Both the position numbers and the translations under genes were made by a program. Below, piece after piece: positions 8,657-14,192 of a stretch of DNA of 14,192 nt. The stretch is taken from assembly GCA_013166835.1 (NCBI GenBank), contig JABLTI010000072.1, forward strand, positions 1 to 14,192, written 5' to 3'. Within the stretch, counting starts at the first letter, position 1. Every line of letters begins with the position of its first letter. The notes beneath the pieces were generated by a model that saw nothing but the letters and a program-made list of their open reading frames with translations, ran no database searches and had not been told where the DNA came from. Source of the DNA: Promethearchaeati archaeon. Its GTDB lineage: Archaea; Asgardarchaeota; Heimdallarchaeia; JABLTI01.

Positions 8657-9532
8657 ATGGTCAATAAAAAATCTGCAAAAAAAGATGTTTTAGTAAAAAA
8701 ATTAGGGATTCTAAAGCTCGGAAATATAGCTTCATCAGTTCTGTTGGAAATGTTACTTGATGAAAGAGCTGATCGATTAGATATTGAAGTTAGAACCATT
8801 TCCTCTGGAGCAAAGTTACAAAAGGAATCAATTAATGATGCTTTTGAAATTTTCTCAAAACTTTCATTTGATCTTGTTTTAGTTGCTACTCCAAATGCTT
8901 CTCTATCCGCCCCACTTGAAATTATCAAGAAGTTGGGTGAAACAAAAACGCCTGTAATTGTATTAACAGATATTTTAAAGAAAGAAACCCGAGAGGAGTT
9001 AAAGGAGAAGAAAATCGGTTATCTTGTAGTAAAACCTGATGCAATGATAGGTGCCCGTCGAGAATTCTTAGATCCAACTGAAATGGCTATTTTTAATGCC
9101 AATTTAATTAAGATATTATCCATTGGAGGAGCTCTTATAGCAATTCAACAAGAAATAGACATAGCTCTAAATCTTATTGTTTCTAAAAAAGAGATCAATC
9201 TCCCACAGATTGTTCTAACTCCTGCGAAAATTGTGAAATATGCAGGTTTTGCTAATCCATATGCTGAAGCAAAAGCAAGGGGAGCTCTAGAAATTACAGA
9301 ACAAGCTGCTAAAGTGAACACAGAAGGTTGTTTCAAAATAAATGAACGATCTGAATACATTGCCCAAGTGGCTGCAGGTCATGAAATGATCCAAATTGCA
9401 GCAAAACTTGCTGAAGAAGCTCGAGAAATTGAGAAAGCAAATAACAAAGTTCGAAGACAACCTCACAGCTATTATGGTGAAATACAAGATAAAAGACTCC
9501 TAAAGGAAAAACCTGACTCTAATTATGATTAA
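8657..9532 (+). CDS. mtd: F420-dependent methylene-tetrahydromethanopterin dehydrogenase
   Basis: KLGNIASS...LLDERADRLDIEVRTISSGAK, PNAS, DAMIGARREFLDPTEMAIFN, FANPYAEAKA, AAGHEM, REIEK and RQPH match the Mtd family over the full length. GAGGGTGA SD upstream. Confidence 0.96.
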   Translation: MVNKKSAKKDVLVKKLGILKLGNIASSVLLEMLLDERADRLDIEVRTISSGAKLQKESINDAFEIFSKLSFDLVLVATPNASLSAPLEIIKKLGETKTPVIVLTDILKKETREELKEKKIGYLVVKPDAMIGARREFLDPTEMAIFNANLIKILSIGGALIAIQQEIDIALNLIVSKKEINLPQIVLTPAKIVKYAGFANPYAEAKARGALEITEQAAKVNTEGCFKINERSEYIAQVAAGHEMIQIAAKLAEEAREIEKANNKVRRQPHSYYGEIQDKRLLKEKPDSNYD

Positions 9533-9549
9533 AGAGATGATTAAAAAAT

Positions 9550-10206
9550 ATGACATTATTAATGGATCAATTATTTACTTGCCCAAATTGTGAAGTAGTC
9601 TTTCAATCCAAAGTTGCCGGTAGCTATGACACTTTTGGAAAAAAATACAGTGATTTCTATGTTGGAAGTGGGTCCGAACCACAACCAATTCTACATTTGA
9701 ATAATATTTGTCCAAAGTGTGGATTTGCTGCTTATACCATTGATTTCAAAGTCTTTAGTATTGACTTGGAAATTGTAGAGAAAGCAATAAAAGAAACAGA
9801 AAAATTCTCTGGAAGAAAAGCTACCGAATTCAATGCCGGTGATGGATTTATAGTAATCTCCAAATATCTAGGTAATGAGATCTCAAAAGAAAGCTTAGTT
9901 TTTGTTTTATTACAAGCATCTTATGCGTATAGAGAGCTTGGAGATCCAAAATTAGTTGACTCTAGAATCCTAACGCTTGAGATAGTTGAAGATGTAATTG
10001 AAAAGCAAAAATTTTCAGAAAATCCTGAAGAATTATATCTTTATCTAGCTGGTGAATTGTATAGACTCTTAGGTAACAATGTGAAATCCCTAAAATACTT
10101 CAAGGAAGCTCTCAAGAAGGCAGATAGAAATTCTAGGATTTCAAAAATCACACAACAGCAATTAACTAAACCCAGTGAAATTATTCCAGAAAGTCTCTTT
10201 AAATAA
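9550..10206 (+). CDS. DUF2225-like protein (two CxxC Zn-binding pairs plus C-terminal TPR-like helices)
   Basis: CPNC...SDF...P...CPKCGFA N-terminal region and YLAGELYRLLG...LKYFKEAL TPR-like C-terminus. Starts 17 nt after mtd, so probably co-transcribed. Confidence 0.82.
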   Translation: MTLLMDQLFTCPNCEVVFQSKVAGSYDTFGKKYSDFYVGSGSEPQPILHLNNICPKCGFAAYTIDFKVFSIDLEIVEKAIKETEKFSGRKATEFNAGDGFIVISKYLGNEISKESLVFVLLQASYAYRELGDPKLVDSRILTLEIVEDVIEKQKFSENPEELYLYLAGELYRLLGNNVKSLKYFKEALKKADRNSRISKITQQQLTKPSEIIPESLFK

Positions 10207-10214
10207 AATACCTC

Positions 10215-10225
10215 TTTCGTTTTTT
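10215..10225 (+). terminator. Oligo-T candidate terminator of the mtd-DUF2225 unit
   Basis: TTTCGTTTTTT directly after the stop codon. Confidence 0.4.
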
Positions 10226-10268
10226 CACAATTATTTTAGTCAGTAGAAATTCCTATTAAACAAACCTT

Positions 10269-10281
10269 AAAAACTTTAAAA
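10269..10281 (+). promoter_or_regulatory. Candidate BRE/TATA promoter of the small GTPase gene
   Basis: AAAAAC-TTTAAAA about 75 nt upstream of the ATG. SD AGGTGA at 10346-10351. Confidence 0.4.
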
Positions 10282-10355
10282 CTATCAAACTTGTTAGCTT
10301 CCCCAAGAAATTTCGATAAAAAAATAAATTATTTGGTTGATTTGCAGGTGAAAAA

Positions 10356-10943
10356 ATGAGTACAGCAGATGAAGCAGCATTTTTCAAAGTTCTAATTGTA
10401 GGCGATGGAGCTGTTGGAAAAACAAGTATTTGCACTCACATAACAACGCAAGAGTTTTTCGCAGATTATCACTTAACCGTGGGGTGTGATTTCTTTATTA
10501 AACGATTATACGTTAACAATATTAGTGTAACACTTCAAATTTTTGATGTAGGCGGTCAAGATCACTTTGCCAGAATGAGATCAGCATTCGCAGATGGAGC
10601 GAAAGGTATTTTCTTAGCATTTGATGTTACTCGGAGAGATAGTTTTTATAGTCTTGAGAATTGGATCAATTCTGTTCAAGAAGGATTAGATCCCAAGGCT
10701 CCTAAAGTATTAATTGCAACAAAATCTGATTTAAAAGCTGATGCTGAAGTTTGGAAAGATGATGTCGATAGTTTAGAGGGATTTAGTATAGATGCTTATT
10801 TTGATACTTCCTCTTTAACTGGTGATGGCGTTCCTGAAGCATTTGAAACAATGGCAAGACTCCTTTTAGCAAGATACAAAGAAGAAGAATATATGAAATC
10901 AGCTCAGCAAATTAAATTTGTCGAAGGTTTTTATCGAACTTAA
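10356..10943 (+). CDS. Ras-superfamily small GTPase, Rab-like (eukaryotic signature protein type)
   Basis: G1 GDGAVGKT, G2 T in LTVGCDF, G3 DVGGQ, G4 TKSD, G5 TSSL. RabF-like segments VGCDF, TLQIFD, HFARMR, FADGA and LAFDVT. No C-terminal Cys. Confidence 0.95.
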   Translation: MSTADEAAFFKVLIVGDGAVGKTSICTHITTQEFFADYHLTVGCDFFIKRLYVNNISVTLQIFDVGGQDHFARMRSAFADGAKGIFLAFDVTRRDSFYSLENWINSVQEGLDPKAPKVLIATKSDLKADAEVWKDDVDSLEGFSIDAYFDTSSLTGDGVPEAFETMARLLLARYKEEEYMKSAQQIKFVEGFYRT

Positions 10944-10955
10944 GAAAATGAATGT

Positions 10956-10981
10956 ATTGAGAAGTTTATGTTCTTCTCAAT
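10956..10981. terminator. Stem-loop between convergent genes, candidate bidirectional terminator or 3' end element
   Basis: ATTGAGAAG-TTTATGTT-CTTCTCAAT: perfect 9-bp stem with an 8-nt loop, occupying most of the 37-nt convergent gap. Confidence 0.55.
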
Positions 10982-11691
10982 CAATGCCCAATATAACTTC
11001 CGCATTTTGGACAATAACTTGTTTCAGTGTCTATTTTTTCTCCACATGTTTGACAAATACTAGTTGTCTTCTTTGATTCTAGTTCTTCATCAACATCTAC
11101 GATTTTGACATCATGCATTTTTGATTTACGAATTGTCTCTTTATGTTTTCTCTTTCGTTCTTCTTCTTGTTGTTTTTTCAAGCCACTATTATATCTCATA
11201 TCAGGACATTCGTTTACAATACGTTTCCAATTTCCAAAGGTTAACCTATAAATTACATTTGTTAGTAATCGCCATTCTTCAATATAGATGAAGATTGGGA
11301 AGATTAATCCTAATGAAACAGTTGTTAGTAACCAATTTCCAAATGCTATGAAATTCCCAACGAAAATATAATAAAGACAACCGAAGTCACGCCAGACCTC
11401 TTCTTTTTCATGTATTGCCCCATATAGAAAAGCAGAATTAAAATAAACCCAATAATAAAGTGCTTTTGGAGGTCTTCCACGGCTAAGAATTACTATGCAG
11501 TAATAAGGAAATAAGATTAAGTGCCCCGGTAGAACGACCAAGTTCAAAATGAAAGCTACTAATGGTGCATATGTGAAGTATGCAAAACAAGTTCTTCTTG
11601 GTATACAAACAGTTCTTAAACCTGGGATATTAAATTGATAAGTTTGACTTACATCTGACACTTTGACCACATCACTGTTTATATCTTTCAA
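10981..11691 (-). CDS. Membrane protein with a duplicated hydrophobic (YccF-like?) unit, charged helix and C-terminal zinc ribbon
   Basis: Two hydrophobic blocks with a 70-aa period, KKQQEEERKRKHKE helix, and CQTCG-x9-CPKCG zinc ribbon. TTG start, position uncertain. Confidence 0.75.
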   Translation of the reverse strand: MKDINSDVVKVSDVSQTYQFNIPGLRTVCIPRRTCFAYFTYAPLVAFILNLVVLPGHLILFPYYCIVILSRGRPPKALYYWVYFNSAFLYGAIHEKEEVWRDFGCLYYIFVGNFIAFGNWLLTTVSLGLIFPIFIYIEEWRLLTNVIYRLTFGNWKRIVNECPDMRYNSGLKKQQEEERKRKHKETIRKSKMHDVKIVDVDEELESKKTTSICQTCGEKIDTETSYCPKCGSYIGH

Positions 11692-11726
11692 TTATAAAAT
11701 AGTTTGTAATTAATTCTTTTTCTGTT

Positions 11727-14126
11727 TTATTTGCCATTCTTCTTGACAAGATTATGTTTAAGTATCCAATCAGGAGAATCACTAATCGCTTTCTTTAATT
11801 TTGTAATTTGATTTGGATCGGTTTTTTGTAGTAAATTAAAAATCTCTCTTGCTCTTAGGAAATCTGTAACATCAAATAATCCTACTAATTCATTTATAGC
11901 AAATTGATCTTCTGTTTTTGCTAACATGATTAAGGCATCTTTGTATAAATCTTCGTCAATTGGATGTTCTATCAATTCCTTTATTTGAGAAATTGGTAAT
12001 GGCGCAGTTGTTATTTTTAATGATTCAATTGTACTATCAAGAATCGTTATTTTTTTGAATTGTTCACCTAGCTCAGAAAGCCATTCATCATCTTCATTAT
12101 CTTCTTCGATTTCTGAATGCATTTCAGAGGTTTCGTAAACATCTGTATCAGTTGTTCTTTCAAAGAAATCAATCTGTTCTGGAACATCGTGATCAAATGC
12201 TATGAAATCCTCTCTTAATTCAAGTGGTTTAGAGGATTCAGAATTCAAGCGATCAATCCATCGATATATCTCACTCTCAGCGAGTTTTTTGTCCGAGGTA
12301 GCTGTTTTTTCACTAATTTTATGAGTTGCACCGATTTCTTCTACATCCCTTTTCTTAGTTTTTGCAGTGCTCTCCTCATATTCATCTTCATCCCATCTAT
12401 TTTCATAGACTATATCAACTGCTCCTGCTAGTTCAAGTATACCCTCTTCAATAGCTTGATAGATTGATTTCACAAAAATTGGTATAACAGTCTGTGAATT
12501 TAGGGTGCCAAGTGCGGATATCGCTTCTCTTTGGACACTCATAAATGATTCATGTAATGAGAAGTTAACGAGTTTTTCTTCTATTACATCATTTAATACA
12601 TTTAATGATTTGATACTATTGATTGCTTGATATCTTATCTTTGGATCATAATCATCTAACGCATCTTGAAGTGACGATAAAGCATTTTCATGTCTCAGAT
12701 TACCTAAAGCAAATAAGGCATTCCAATAATACAATTCAGTAAAATCATAATTAAACCAGCTTAATACATCCAGAGTGAAGGATTGATTGATTGCTCGGAG
12801 AAGTTCATTATCAAAATCATCAATATAATCTACATCGGAATGCATTAGATTAGATTCTTGAGATGAATTATTTCTCTTATCGGTATTGACTTTTTGATTG
12901 ATTTCTGAAATAATATAATCAACTGATGAAACACTGCCTATCTTACCCAAGCAATTAATTAATTCATAGTCTTGTTCAGGAGATATTTTCTTCTCTTTGG
13001 CAATTCCAATCAATTTTGTTTCAAATTCATTCATTTGAAAATTCCCAATAATTCTTAAGGCTAAAGTAAATTCTTCATTATCCGGGGATATGCAACTTGA
13101 GACATAAGTTCTGAGAAATTCAAAGATACTTTCATTTGGGAATTTATTCAATATTTTCCAAGAATTGGTAATTTGATCTCTAATTTCCTTATTGACTGAG
13201 TAAGGATCTACATCGAAATAAAGCTCTTTAACCGCGTTTTTTATAGTATAAGTTGTTTTGATTAAATCTATAGTTGGTTCTACTCCTAATAATTGTATTA
13301 ATTTTTCAGATGTATTTATGAGATCGATTTCTGCAACTAATTCTATATCATATGAAAGGATAGCTGAAATGGCATTTAGGAATTTATAAGTTATAGGTTG
13401 TAGAAAGTCATCATTTGAATCCAAAAACAATGCAGGTTTCATACCTAACAATGCTAATTCGCGTGCAATATAGATAGATTTTGAAAATGAAGTATTAAAA
13501 TCAAATTCTTTGTTTTTAAATAACCATAGCGCAGCTAACGGATTGCCTTTTTGCACGAGTATTTTAGCAATTGCTTGTCGTTGGATATGATTTTTACTTA
13601 GAAAAACAAATTTTGTACTCAAGAGATTTACGATTTTTGAATCACTCATTAATCCTAATGCGAAATAGGCATCTTCAAATAAAATATCATAATTAGACAT
13701 TTTCTCGATTTCATCAAAGAAATCATCACGATCGAAATATCCGGCCATGAAAAGACCAATTCTTCTTTCCTCAGCAATAGGTGATTGTAATAATCTAAGG
13801 ATGTTAGAACTAATGTGGTCTTCGAAATTATTGACATCGAGTTTACTGAAAATTTTAATGAGTGAAATTGATAAAGAAATGGAGCTTCCTATAATGTGTG
13901 CTAGAGATAGAATATCTATAATCATGTGAAAATCCATTTTTCTCGAAATTACATCAAAAATTCTTTCAGCTTCAAAAGGAGTAAGCTTGTAGTAATTATC
14001 TGTAAAGATTTTCCAATTCTCAATATCATATGAGAGAAGATATTTTGAGACAGCCTTATCATAATCTATTGAAGATAAAGCAGTCATTACCTCACGAGAG
14101 TACTTGTCCAAACTACACTTCACCAA
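11727..14126 (-). CDS. HEAT-repeat (alpha-solenoid) protein with acidic insertions
   Basis: PBS-lyase/HEAT-like units: LLQSPIAEERRIGLFMAG, AYFALGLM, LINCLGKIGS, ALFALGNLRHENALSSLQDALDDYDPKIRYQAINSI, VQREAISALGTL. TTG or GTG start uncertain. Confidence 0.85.
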   Translation of the reverse strand: MVKCSLDKYSREVMTALSSIDYDKAVSKYLLSYDIENWKIFTDNYYKLTPFEAERIFDVISRKMDFHMIIDILSLAHIIGSSISLSISLIKIFSKLDVNNFEDHISSNILRLLQSPIAEERRIGLFMAGYFDRDDFFDEIEKMSNYDILFEDAYFALGLMSDSKIVNLLSTKFVFLSKNHIQRQAIAKILVQKGNPLAALWLFKNKEFDFNTSFSKSIYIARELALLGMKPALFLDSNDDFLQPITYKFLNAISAILSYDIELVAEIDLINTSEKLIQLLGVEPTIDLIKTTYTIKNAVKELYFDVDPYSVNKEIRDQITNSWKILNKFPNESIFEFLRTYVSSCISPDNEEFTLALRIIGNFQMNEFETKLIGIAKEKKISPEQDYELINCLGKIGSVSSVDYIISEINQKVNTDKRNNSSQESNLMHSDVDYIDDFDNELLRAINQSFTLDVLSWFNYDFTELYYWNALFALGNLRHENALSSLQDALDDYDPKIRYQAINSIKSLNVLNDVIEEKLVNFSLHESFMSVQREAISALGTLNSQTVIPIFVKSIYQAIEEGILELAGAVDIVYENRWDEDEYEESTAKTKKRDVEEIGATHKISEKTATSDKKLAESEIYRWIDRLNSESSKPLELREDFIAFDHDVPEQIDFFERTTDTDVYETSEMHSEIEEDNEDDEWLSELGEQFKKITILDSTIESLKITTAPLPISQIKELIEHPIDEDLYKDALIMLAKTEDQFAINELVGLFDVTDFLRAREIFNLLQKTDPNQITKLKKAISDSPDWILKHNLVKKNGK

Positions 14127-14192
14127 TTTCTCTAATTAAAAACGCAACGGTCAGAATTGACTTTAAAATCTTTGGATAAACTACGGATATTA

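Noticed and set aside
10960-10983. Selenocysteine readthrough of the TGA next to a hairpin
   Set aside because: Readthrough adds only LRRT before TAA. The hairpin is too short and has no SECIS features I can recognise.
8249-13929. Short ORFs 8249-8461, 8629-8928, 9145-9360, 9287-9487, 13655-13837 and 13747-13929
   Set aside because: Overlap well-supported genes antisense or out of frame, with no recognisable features.
2703-14126. Protocoatomer (beta-propeller plus alpha-solenoid) pairing of the large propeller protein with the HEAT protein
   Set aside because: The propeller protein has a signal peptide and many sequons, so its propellers are extracellular and not coat-like.

Overview
AT-rich, gene-dense archaeal DNA, most likely from an Asgard archaeon (inference from mtd, nucS, GGTGA-type Shine-Dalgarno sites, a Rab-like small GTPase and a DxDxDG-repeat surface protein). 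Twelve CDS, left to right: 5' part of a 2-oxoacid:ferredoxin oxidoreductase alpha subunit (absent from the ORF track, runs off the left edge); a 4-TM protein with claudin/PMP22-like topology; NucS/EndoMS; a 1128-aa surface protein (about 14 beta-propeller blades, 10 Ca-binding repeats, C-terminal TM); an APH-family kinase; a xylose-isomerase-like TIM barrel; a DtxR/MntR regulator; F420-dependent Mtd; a DUF2225-like Zn/TPR protein; a Rab-like GTPase; a membrane protein with a 70-aa internal repeat and Zn ribbon; and a 799-aa HEAT-repeat protein with a long acidic insertion. No RNA genes, CRISPR arrays or mobile elements were seen. The best candidate for an undescribed system is the right-hand cluster (Zn/TPR protein and small GTPase converging on the membrane Zn-ribbon and HEAT-solenoid genes), but a functional link is a hypothesis only. 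All family calls are by motif recognition; no searches were run.
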